The notes under the pieces: model-generated
The model's input: the letters and a program-made list of their open reading frames with translations, nothing else
What the model was told of the DNA's origin: nothing
Database searches by the model: none
Position numbers and translations under genes: made by a program
Shown: piece after piece, positions 56,446 to 64,000 of the stretch
Layout: every line of letters begins with the position of its first letter
How positions within the stretch are numbered: the stretch's first letter is position 1
DNA from: an uncultured virus (IMG/VR IMGVR_UViG_3300046537_000053)
Taxonomy: Duplodnaviria > Heunggongvirae > Uroviricota > Caudoviricetes > Schitoviridae
IMG/VR virus record: IMGVR_UViG_3300046537_000053
DNA: 64,000 nucleotides
Direction: 5' to 3' (one strand)

Positions 56446-57462
56446 TTAGAATGCTAACAGCATGTTGCCGGACGAAGGCACGGCCACTGTGTAAGTAATG
56501 ATCAGGGCGCCCTGGGCACCTGACGTTGGAAAGTTGCCAGTCGTGACTGAGCCGCAACCGCCAGCGCCACCACCCGCACCGTAAAGGCCTGGAGCACCGG
56601 CACCTCGGCCAGTGCCCGAACCGGACAGACCACCGCCGCCACCAGCGCCGCCGCCTGCACCTGCAGTACCGCCCGCTGTGATCGTATATTCATCACCATC
56701 GCCGCCCGCACCACCAGTCGAGTCCTGGGTCGAGCCGCCAAAGCCACCGCCACCGCCTGAGCCGGACGTGCCATCGCCAGCTGTACCGTTGGCGTCGGGA
56801 TCACCCGTACCGCCTGCAGCCCCAGCCCGACCGGTACCACCGGCACCGCCCGTTGCACCCGGGGCAGCATTGCCACCTCCGGAGACACCACCACCGCCAC
56901 CGCCTCCTCGGCCATTGGATGATGCAGCATTACCGCCCACTCCACCGGTGCCAGCGGCACTACCGGCCGCACCGCCACCTGCAGCACCACCCAGGTTGCT
57001 ACCCGAGCGGGCACCGCCATCACCGCCGCTGAATTTGGTAGTGCCGACACTGGCTGAGGCCTGACCGCCGACACCACCCAAGGTCGACGTCGGGGCGCCG
57101 GCACCTTTGGCCATCACACCATCAGCGGTCGAGCCAGGAGCTGCGTTCGAAGTCTTGTTGAGCCAGGTGTCAGCGCCAGCTGAACCTTGGGCACCAGCAC
57201 CGGTTGCAGCGAAGCCGCCCGCTCCGACCCAGGTATAGAGAGTGCTGGATCCCGGCGTCAGACCAGAGACCGACAGGCTGACTGAAGCGAACGCACCGCC
57301 ACCGCCACCCGTGACATTGGTAGTGGACGTTGCTGCAGGACGTGAACCGCCCGAACCACCACCGATTGCCACGACATCGATCGGGACCGAGGTGTCGCAG
57401 TCAGCCGGCAACGTCCAGGTATGGGCCCCGGTCGTGCTGAGCAGGACGGTCTTGGTCGCCAA
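56446..57462 (-). CDS. Glycine-rich tail fibre/tip protein
   Basis: VVAIGGGSGG, many poly-Gly runs, terminal GAQGALIITY. Confidence 0.75.
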   Translation of the reverse strand: MATKTVLLSTTGAHTWTLPADCDTSVPIDVVAIGGGSGGSRPAATSTTNVTGGGGGAFASVSLSVSGLTPGSSTLYTWVGAGGFAATGAGAQGSAGADTWLNKTSNAAPGSTADGVMAKGAGAPTSTLGGVGGQASASVGTTKFSGGDGGARSGSNLGGAAGGGAAGSAAGTGGVGGNAASSNGRGGGGGGGVSGGGNAAPGATGGAGGTGRAGAAGGTGDPDANGTAGDGTSGSGGGGGFGGSTQDSTGGAGGDGDEYTITAGGTAGAGGGAGGGGGLSGSGTGRGAGAPGLYGAGGGAGGCGSVTTGNFPTSGAQGALIITYTVAVPSSGNMLLAF

Positions 57463-57465
57463 GAG

Positions 57466-59166
57466 CTAGACTTCCTGGCTCACACCGACAACATCCCATT
57501 TGGTGTCGGCATTGTTGAAAATCATGCCCAGATACAACCACTTACCGTTGACGGTTGCGGTCGGCAGGGTCACTCCGATTGCCCGGTACTGCGAGCCATA
57601 GCTGATCGCATAGGCGCCATTGGCCTTGATCCGGACGATGATCTTGTGGCAATCGATGGCCGTGCCGGTCGGATTGTTGAGCGTCGGAGCGGCAGTAACC
57701 GCACCGTTGTTGACCATGTTGTCGGAGAAAGTCGGCGTGATCGAGTTGGCGCCGGCTGCCTGGATATCCGGGGACCGGTTCTGTTTCAGATCTAGGGCTG
57801 CCTGCTGAGCGGTCGACACCGGCTTGGCAGTATCGGCGGTATTGTCGACACTGCCCAGTCCGACGTCCGCCTTGACGAAGCTCATTGCCGTCTTCAGGCC
57901 CGAGGCCGAGATTGCACCCGACAGGCCGGCGACCGAGCTCACCGTTTCGGTGTTGTCGATCTTGTCCCAGCTGGCGCCATTGGAGACGATCCAGTCACCG
58001 ACCGCCCACTCGGCAATGCCCGAGATGCTGGTCGTGCCCGCGGTGGCGACTTTGTAGAAGTAGCCCTTGTTGCCCGCAGCGGCAGCCGGGATGGCTGGCG
58101 AGTTGGCCGTGGCGTCCCAGGTTCCCTGGTACACCATTGCTCCGACCACCAGGCCTTCGAGGGCAACGATTTTATCGTAGATGTCGTTCTTGGTCGGGAC
58201 TTCGTTCGATCCGTTCCAACCGGGACCATAGGCTTCTGCTGAAACGATTATGTCGGTTGCGGTGATGCTGCCAAAGACCGACAGACCGGTTGCAGTGAAT
58301 GTCGCCCAAAAAGCCTCAGTGTCGTAGTCTATGATCGAGAATTCGCCAGTGACTGCAGAATAGAAGGCGCTGGGTGTTGATACGAACGCCGCGTATTCGG
58401 TGCCGCCAGATTGGAACCCGCTGTAACCTCCCGTCATGGAGAAGCCAGTGGCCGTGATATAGCCGTCAATCGTTTGGTCGCCGACGAAGCTGTTGCCTCC
58501 AGCCAGTAGAGCCTTGGCATCGAGCGTAGCCTGCAGACCGGTGACACCGGCAACGGCGATCGCCGGGATCTGGCCAATCGGGATCTTGGTACCCGAGTCC
58601 AAGGTGGCGACACCGTCAGCCACGCCGCGGTCAGTGTTGGGGACAAAGTCACCCCCGACAATCGCTTCGGCATCCGCAGCAGCAGCTTCCGCTGCAGCCT
58701 GGGCCGCTAGAGCTGCAACCTTGGCTGCATTGGCATCAGTAGCCTGGGTTGCGGCAGATGTTGCAGATCCGGCCGCAGCAGTGGCAGATCCTGCGGCAGC
58801 GGTAGCAGAAGCAGCTGCAGCGGCGACAGAGCCAGAGACAGAGGCAACAACGACGGCAGCTGCGGCTTCCACTGCTGCGGTGACATTCCCGGACGCCTCC
58901 GCCGCTTCGACCGCTGAGGCTGCCGCTGCAGCCGCTGACGCGGCTGCTGCTGCCTCGGCCGCCTCGGCGTCGGCTATACCGGAGGCAACCGTCGCGGCGA
59001 CCTCGCTCAGTTCAGGAAGATTTTCAAGTCCATCGGCAACCAGCACGACATCGTCGATATTCTCAGCAACGATCCGCACGTTGGCATAGACCGGGCCGAT
59101 CTGGTCGTTGGCGAACTCAGCTCCCGAGTCTTCACCCGGGATCTCTGCAGATGGCTTGATACCCAT
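57466..59166 (-). CDS. Tail fibre protein
   Basis: Ala-rich coiled stalk; GVATLD, YQGTWDA, VGDWIVSNGASWDKIDNT, KADVGLGSVDNTAD modules. Confidence 0.85.
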   Translation of the reverse strand: MGIKPSAEIPGEDSGAEFANDQIGPVYANVRIVAENIDDVVLVADGLENLPELSEVAATVASGIADAEAAEAAAAASAAAAAASAVEAAEASGNVTAAVEAAAAVVVASVSGSVAAAAASATAAAGSATAAAGSATSAATQATDANAAKVAALAAQAAAEAAAADAEAIVGGDFVPNTDRGVADGVATLDSGTKIPIGQIPAIAVAGVTGLQATLDAKALLAGGNSFVGDQTIDGYITATGFSMTGGYSGFQSGGTEYAAFVSTPSAFYSAVTGEFSIIDYDTEAFWATFTATGLSVFGSITATDIIVSAEAYGPGWNGSNEVPTKNDIYDKIVALEGLVVGAMVYQGTWDATANSPAIPAAAAGNKGYFYKVATAGTTSISGIAEWAVGDWIVSNGASWDKIDNTETVSSVAGLSGAISASGLKTAMSFVKADVGLGSVDNTADTAKPVSTAQQAALDLKQNRSPDIQAAGANSITPTFSDNMVNNGAVTAAPTLNNPTGTAIDCHKIIVRIKANGAYAISYGSQYRAIGVTLPTATVNGKWLYLGMIFNNADTKWDVVGVSQEV

Positions 59167-59879
59167 TAACAGAACCCCCGGTCATTGAATTTCTTGCTGG
59201 TCTCCGACAGGCTGGTCGAGACCAGGTCCTGGTCGACTGCCTCGTTGCAGATGCTGGTATAGATCGACAGGTAATCGCTCGATTTCAGCGTGTTTTCCTG
59301 GCCGTTCATGTAGAAATAGACCTTGTGCCCGATGTAGGCGATCAGTGCCTCCTCGAGGACCTCGGGCAGATCGATGTCGGCATCCAGGTAGCCCTCACCC
59401 TCGAGCGCGAGGGGAGCGTGCTTCGCCTGGTAGATAATATAGAGCGGCGCCCCGTCCTCAGGATCGGGCACCTGCAGCAGGTCATAGGTCGGCGTGAACA
59501 GCGAGTTGGAGGCGTTGTCGTCGTTGAGCGGCGCCTGGGCTCCACCGGTCTGATAGACGCCGAGCACCTTGATCAGGTCATCGGTGAACGGCTTGGTCAC
59601 CGAGTCGATGATGTAATGCGGCAGCGTCGGGTTGGCCGCGGCATTCACCAGGCTGTACTTGCTGTCCAGCTTGTAGTTGGTGATCGTGCCGGCCTGCTCG
59701 ATGATCACCTCAGCTTCTTTGAGGTTGAACTTCGAATAAAGCTTGAGCAGGCACTCGTTGGCGAAGCCGATCACTGCCGGATGCTTGGTCTCGACAATCG
59801 TGCCGTCGCCATCATTCGACATGCTCAAATTGGCCAGCGGGCCATAGGACAACCGCTGCAGAAGCTGCGTTACGTTCAT
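59166..59879 (-). CDS. Head-tail adaptor-like structural protein (N4 gp67-like)
   Basis: LSYGPLANL, PFTDDLIKV, terminal KFNDRGF; next to terminase. Confidence 0.8.
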   Translation of the reverse strand: MNVTQLLQRLSYGPLANLSMSNDGDGTIVETKHPAVIGFANECLLKLYSKFNLKEAEVIIEQAGTITNYKLDSKYSLVNAAANPTLPHYIIDSVTKPFTDDLIKVLGVYQTGGAQAPLNDDNASNSLFTPTYDLLQVPDPEDGAPLYIIYQAKHAPLALEGEGYLDADIDLPEVLEEALIAYIGHKVYFYMNGQENTLKSSDYLSIYTSICNEAVDQDLVSTSLSETSKKFNDRGFC

Positions 59880-59915
59880 CTATTCCCCACCCAACCCGGT
59901 CAGAGTTGAACTAAC

Positions 59916-61511
59916 TCACACTATATATGATGTCAGTCCGCTCGGATCGCTTATACCATGATCATCTCCCCATCGGTCTATATCTTCTTTCACGACAGGG
60001 ATAGAGTCGGATGGCCGCCAGGCCGTCAGGAACGCCAGCATCGACACGGTATCGAGGAAGTCGTCCTTGCCCTTGAGCCCCCGGGTGGTGGCCTGCCGGA
60101 TCTGGGCCAGCCCCAATCCCATGATGGTCGACGACTTCATCTCCTCCGGCCAGTAGATCTTGCCCATCTTGAACCAGGGCACGACCATATTGAACCGGCT
60201 GAGCTTGTCGACGGTCGGCCGAATGCCGGGGGTCGCCGACTTGGTGACCGGGTCATGGGCGAGGTTGAACCAGATGTTCCGGTTCAGCATCTCCTGCTGG
60301 ATCCACTTGATGAAGGCGCCCTGCTGACCGGTGATCTCGACGCCCACCTGCTGCGGCTTGTACTGCTGAGCCAGGCGGAACAGGTCATCGATCGACTTAT
60401 CCATCGTCTGGCGGGCGAGGATCCCGTCGACCCAGTACCAGTCGCCGTTGGCATTATAGGCCCACACCGAGATGGCGCTGAAGTCGGCCGTCTGCTTCTC
60501 GCTCGTGGCGAAGTCGGTCGTGATATAGAAGTTGAACAGTGACTGGTTGTTGAGCAGCTGTTGCCGGCTGTAATACTTGATCTCGGTTTCCTGGACGAGC
60601 CGCTCTTCCTCGGACGTGATCCGGAGCATCAGCTCCTGGAAGAAGGCGGCGCCGTGCCCGGTCTCGACCGCGAGGTCGTACTGGCTTTTGACATAGGTGT
60701 AGGTGAAGCGGTCGGGCCAGGCGCCGCGGAACTCGGCCTCCTCGCACGGGAAGCGTTCGCACACCGGCCAGACGTTGACGTCCCACTGGCCCGACTCGAT
60801 TGCCTCGATCAGGATGTCGTCGGCGTTGAACGGCGTGCCGTTGAAGATCACCTTGCGACGGGTCGGATCGAGCGCGTGGTTGACACCTTTATATACGGTG
60901 TCCTTGATCGCGATCATCGCGGCCTTGGATTTGCTGTCGTCATCGCTGACCAGATCGTCGAGCACCGCCAGGGGCGGACGCTTGCCGAAGATCTTGGTAC
61001 CGCGGAGACCGGTCTTGGCACCGAACATCTTCAGGCCGAACCGCTTGCCCTCGATGTTGGTGAACTCGATATAGTTGTCGGTGAAGGTCGCCTTGGGGAC
61101 CCACTGCTGCAGGAACGGCGAGTTGTTGTAGCGGAACTCCATGTTCTTGCGGAGCGATTTGACGCCGTTCTCCATGGTGTCGCCGACATAGATGGCGGCA
61201 TCGATCTCCCCGAACCCGGGGATGTAGCAGAAGGTCGCGAGGAACAGGAAAAAATACTCGGCGAACAGCGTGGTCTTGGCCGCGCCGCGGAAGCAGAGGT
61301 TGGCGATGTACTCGGACGGTCCCACCACCTTGTCGAGCATGGCGAGGTGGACAGGCGGAGTTTTATGCGACTCACCCTCCGCTCCGTTCACCAATTTGAT
61401 AAAATTCATGAAGGTGAGTGCGAACTGAGTCGGCACATACGTTCCGTCGTTCAACGCAACATAGGATACCGTGTTCAGCCACTCGTCGAGAGATTGCTTA
61501 ATCTTCGCCAT
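59916..61511 (-). CDS. terL: Terminase large subunit
   Basis: FRGAAKTT, VLDDL, FNGTP, TDFA, GVE, KDDFLD motifs. Confidence 0.95.
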   Translation of the reverse strand: MAKIKQSLDEWLNTVSYVALNDGTYVPTQFALTFMNFIKLVNGAEGESHKTPPVHLAMLDKVVGPSEYIANLCFRGAAKTTLFAEYFFLFLATFCYIPGFGEIDAAIYVGDTMENGVKSLRKNMEFRYNNSPFLQQWVPKATFTDNYIEFTNIEGKRFGLKMFGAKTGLRGTKIFGKRPPLAVLDDLVSDDDSKSKAAMIAIKDTVYKGVNHALDPTRRKVIFNGTPFNADDILIEAIESGQWDVNVWPVCERFPCEEAEFRGAWPDRFTYTYVKSQYDLAVETGHGAAFFQELMLRITSEEERLVQETEIKYYSRQQLLNNQSLFNFYITTDFATSEKQTADFSAISVWAYNANGDWYWVDGILARQTMDKSIDDLFRLAQQYKPQQVGVEITGQQGAFIKWIQQEMLNRNIWFNLAHDPVTKSATPGIRPTVDKLSRFNMVVPWFKMGKIYWPEEMKSSTIMGLGLAQIRQATTRGLKGKDDFLDTVSMLAFLTAWRPSDSIPVVKEDIDRWGDDHGISDPSGLTSYIV

Positions 61512-62241
61512 TATCGTCCTCAACCCTTGTAGCTGTCGCTTCAATCAAGGGTTGAGCTGCAATGTCCACAACTTTCACCCCACCCTGCATTGCTTCTAAT
61601 TGTTTTTCTGACAATGCAACCAACATACTCTTCAACTCAGTCATACCTGAGTCTTCCTTAACTTCCAGACTGAGCTGGAAGTTTCCTTCTTTGGGCTTGG
61701 CCAGATGCGTCAAGATAGAGTTGGCCGCCTCACAGCGGACCTTCTCTGACAGTGCGTTCCGCATCAGGTCGACCTGCGTATTGATCGCTTCCTGGAAGGC
61801 GCCGTGGTTCAGCACCCAGCTCGGCACCAGGCTTTGCTCGGTGATCAGGTTGACCAGCTTGCCCTTGTTGTAGGCGCTGACGTAGGCGCTGATATCCTTC
61901 TGGCTGGTGCCCAGCTGGACCAGCCGTTGGTGCCGGGCAGGGAAGGTCCGGAGGTAGCTCTCCTCGTTGTTGTACCCCATCAGCTTGTAGCTGACGTAGG
62001 TGATCGCGTTGAGGTAATCCTCGAGCTTGAACTTGCCGTCCTTGAGGACCGAGGCGTAGCTGACCACGTTGTTGCGGATCTGCTCGGCCAGGATCGGATC
62101 GCTGACCAGGTTGTTGACCTGGTCGACAAACGCCTGGTTGATCTGGCCCTTGAACTGGGGTGGCACCGCCTGCCGCACCTTCTCGACCGTCAGCGGGTCG
62201 GGTGCGTTCTGGATCCCCGGTAGATTAGCAGTCAGTGTCAT
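61498..62241 (-). CDS. N4 gp69-like protein (putative terminase small subunit)
   Basis: YLNAITYVSYKLMG, YNKGKLVN, SEKVRCEAANSILTHL; upstream of terL. Confidence 0.8.
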   Translation of the reverse strand: MTLTANLPGIQNAPDPLTVEKVRQAVPPQFKGQINQAFVDQVNNLVSDPILAEQIRNNVVSYASVLKDGKFKLEDYLNAITYVSYKLMGYNNEESYLRTFPARHQRLVQLGTSQKDISAYVSAYNKGKLVNLITEQSLVPSWVLNHGAFQEAINTQVDLMRNALSEKVRCEAANSILTHLAKPKEGNFQLSLEVKEDSGMTELKSMLVALSEKQLEAMQGGVKVVDIAAQPLIEATATRVEDDNGED

Positions 62242-62378
62242 TTTCCCCACCATTATATATACTGTGTGAGTCCGGTTTCTCTGGGTTCCCGGACACTAGC
62301 GAGAGCGCCGGCCGAGAGGCCGCCTGCTCGGGTAGCCGGGGGTAGGCTGGTCACCAATGATCCCCCGGCTGCTTCGCT

Positions 62379-62687
62379 TTAGACCAGGATCAGCCAGTCC
62401 TCCATCAGCAGGTCACTTTGGCTGGCTACCCACGGCACCACATCCTGGTCGACGGTGAACATGGCGATGTAGGGCCGATAGGGCACCAGCCCGTCGATGT
62501 GGCCCTGGGCAATCAGCTTGCCAGTCTCGGTGGTCGGCGGATAACGGCCCTCGCCCACCAGGTAGAGGAACATATTCTTGCCGTTCCAACCGCGGCGGAG
62601 GATCCGCTTGCCGGCCTTCAGGGCCTCGAGGGCCTCACTGAAACAGAAGGTAATGACCCTGGGTTCTTCGAAATTGGTCGCTCGCAT
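62379..62687 (-). CDS. DUF2829 protein (Tad2-like nucleotide sponge)
   Basis: FSEALEALKAGKRILRRGWNGKNMFL...PWVASQSDLLMEDW signature. Confidence 0.85.
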   Translation of the reverse strand: MRATNFEEPRVITFCFSEALEALKAGKRILRRGWNGKNMFLYLVGEGRYPPTTETGKLIAQGHIDGLVPYRPYIAMFTVDQDVVPWVASQSDLLMEDWLILV

Positions 62688-62764
62688 TGGTTTCACTCCC
62701 CACCATATTAGATCTATATTTGTAGGGAGTCGGCGTCAGCCGACCCCCGAAATTTTTTCGACCC

Positions 62765-63334
62765 CTATTTCCCCAGGGCCTCCTGGAATTCGGATTTGAC
62801 CGGCTGTTCGGCCGGTTCTTCCTCAAACTTAGCTAGGATAGCGTCGACATCGGCCGGCCGCAGGGCTTCGGCGTTGCCGAGCCCATGCGCCGTCAGCCTG
62901 GTCAGGGCCTCATCGAGGTCGTCTTCCCCGATCGTTGCGGCGACATGCAACTTATCCCGCAGGGAATAACCGAGCAGCGGCCAGATCTTGTTGACGGCGT
63001 CCTGTCGGGCAACCCGTTCGCCGATCGAACGGCTGAAGTTCGACGGGCTGGCACAGGCACTGGTGCCCACAACCGTGTAGCCATTCTTGAGGACCAGGAC
63101 GCAAAAGGTCAGCAGCCGGAGCTCGTCCGGCAGGCTCAGCGTCTGGCTGAGGTTCTCGATCACGCCAAGCTCAGCTGCATCGTCAAGCAGCCCGAGGCGG
63201 GCGCCCTGGTGAGCAGTGAAGTAATGTTCGCTGGTGATATGGGCCTCGATCACCTCCGGGGTGATCCGCGGGCCGTTGTTGGGATAATCGGTCCGGTCGA
63301 CACTAACGATGGGGCCATTTGACATGCTGCTCAT
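62765..63334 (-). CDS. N4 gp49/Sf6 gp66 family protein (Acb4-like sponge candidate)
   Basis: PRITPEVIE, LTFCVLVLKNGYTVVGTSACASPSNF...IG...A...AVNKIWPLLGY. Confidence 0.8.
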   Translation of the reverse strand: MSSMSNGPIVSVDRTDYPNNGPRITPEVIEAHITSEHYFTAHQGARLGLLDDAAELGVIENLSQTLSLPDELRLLTFCVLVLKNGYTVVGTSACASPSNFSRSIGERVARQDAVNKIWPLLGYSLRDKLHVAATIGEDDLDEALTRLTAHGLGNAEALRPADVDAILAKFEEEPAEQPVKSEFQEALGK

Positions 63335-63556
63335 ATTCCCTTTATCTAGCCACCTGCAATCGGGTGGGGCCCTTAGTATTTAGGGTATTTATCGCCGAAA
63401 GCCAACTGCGTCGGGGACGGCAGGCCATTTCTTCTCAATTTACTAGAGAAGAGAAAGGACCCTCCTATTGTCTGCTGTGTCCTAAAGAACACAACCAGAC
63501 CAGGAGAAACTGGGGATAAATCCCACAGCATTTGACAGATATGTAACACTATGAGA

Positions 63557-63724
63557 GCTTGGCTCTGGGCGGTAACGCCTGCCAAGCGTGATGCGGGGCC
63601 AGACACCCTAGTCGCTTAGTGGGGACAATAACGGCGACGGGAGTTGCGGGATTTCCTTTGGCTCAGCGATGAGCCTAAACTCGACGAACTCTAGGGCCCG
63701 GGTCGCAAGATCCGGGCTCTTTTA
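63557..63724 (+). ncRNA. Candidate structured RNA with terminator
   Basis: Four consecutive stems with GTAA, GCGA and GCAA tetraloops; last is a 12-bp terminator with T run. Confidence 0.55.
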
Positions 63725-63860
63725 CTTATGTCGGCTGAGCCACATAAGAAAAAAGTTCCACAGATGAAAAATATCTATTGACCTGTTCAGGGTTTACGAT
63801 AGGTTTGGAGCCAGAGGGAGAGAGCGGGGTCTTCGCGCTGAAGCATCGATCGAACTCTTA

Positions 63861-63950
63861 TTTGGGTGGGGAGGGAATAAGCTAGAACTATCGCTCAGGT
63901 TTGCCCCTTATCCTGGCCGGTCGCTTTAGCTTATTCTTCCCCACCTCAAA
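63861..63950. repeat. About 25-bp imperfect inverted repeat
   Basis: TTTGGGTGGGGAGGGAATAAGCTA versus TAGCTTATTCTTCCCCACCTCAAA. Confidence 0.75.
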
Positions 63951-63963
63951 CTTATCTGCATAT

Positions 63964-63988
63964 AAGCCGCTTTTCAGCGGCATTTTTT
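63964..63988 (+). terminator. Intrinsic terminator
   Basis: GCCGCT-TTTC-AGCGGC then ATTTTTT. Confidence 0.65.
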
Positions 63989-64000
63989 GTGCCTGCCGGC

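Noticed and set aside
63373..63606. 77-aa minus-strand ORF near the window end
   Set aside because: AT-rich, atypical codons, overlaps the predicted + strand RNA; unsupported.

Overview
The window is about 64 kb of a GC-rich N4-like podophage genome (Schitoviridae architecture). The + strand carries the 3' tip of an RNAP II subunit, an Ig-like decoration gene followed by a four-gene fibre-like cassette, small accessory ORFs, a MoxR-like AAA/vWA pair, dCTP deaminase, rIIA/rIIB, a MazG-like pyrophosphatase, Dda-like helicase, family A DNA polymerase, a PD-(D/E)xK exonuclease, primase, Sak4-like ATPase, SSB and a RusA-like gene. The - strand carries the 3.5k-aa virion RNA polymerase, ejection and structural proteins, major capsid, portal, a lysis cassette with embedded Rz/Rz1, a phosphoesterase-kinase cluster, tail fibres, terminase and two adjacent putative nucleotide-sponge genes (gp49/gp66 family and DUF2829). 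The most unusual signal is in the intergenic DNA. Many late genes start behind a GGGTGGGG(A) motif. A hairpin RNA just after the dCTP deaminase gene shows the exact antisense of that motif in an 18-nt C-rich loop. Several + strand genes have the motif buried in cis hairpins, and multi-stem non-tRNA RNAs occur at about 4.3, 28.7-29.0, 62.3 and 63.6 kb. An unannotated 18-aa micro-ORF with a strong RBS and a beta-clamp-like motif (QLELPF) lies in the replication module. All assignments come from motif recognition, N4 synteny recalled from memory and base pairing done by eye; no searches or folding programs were run, and the host is not determined.
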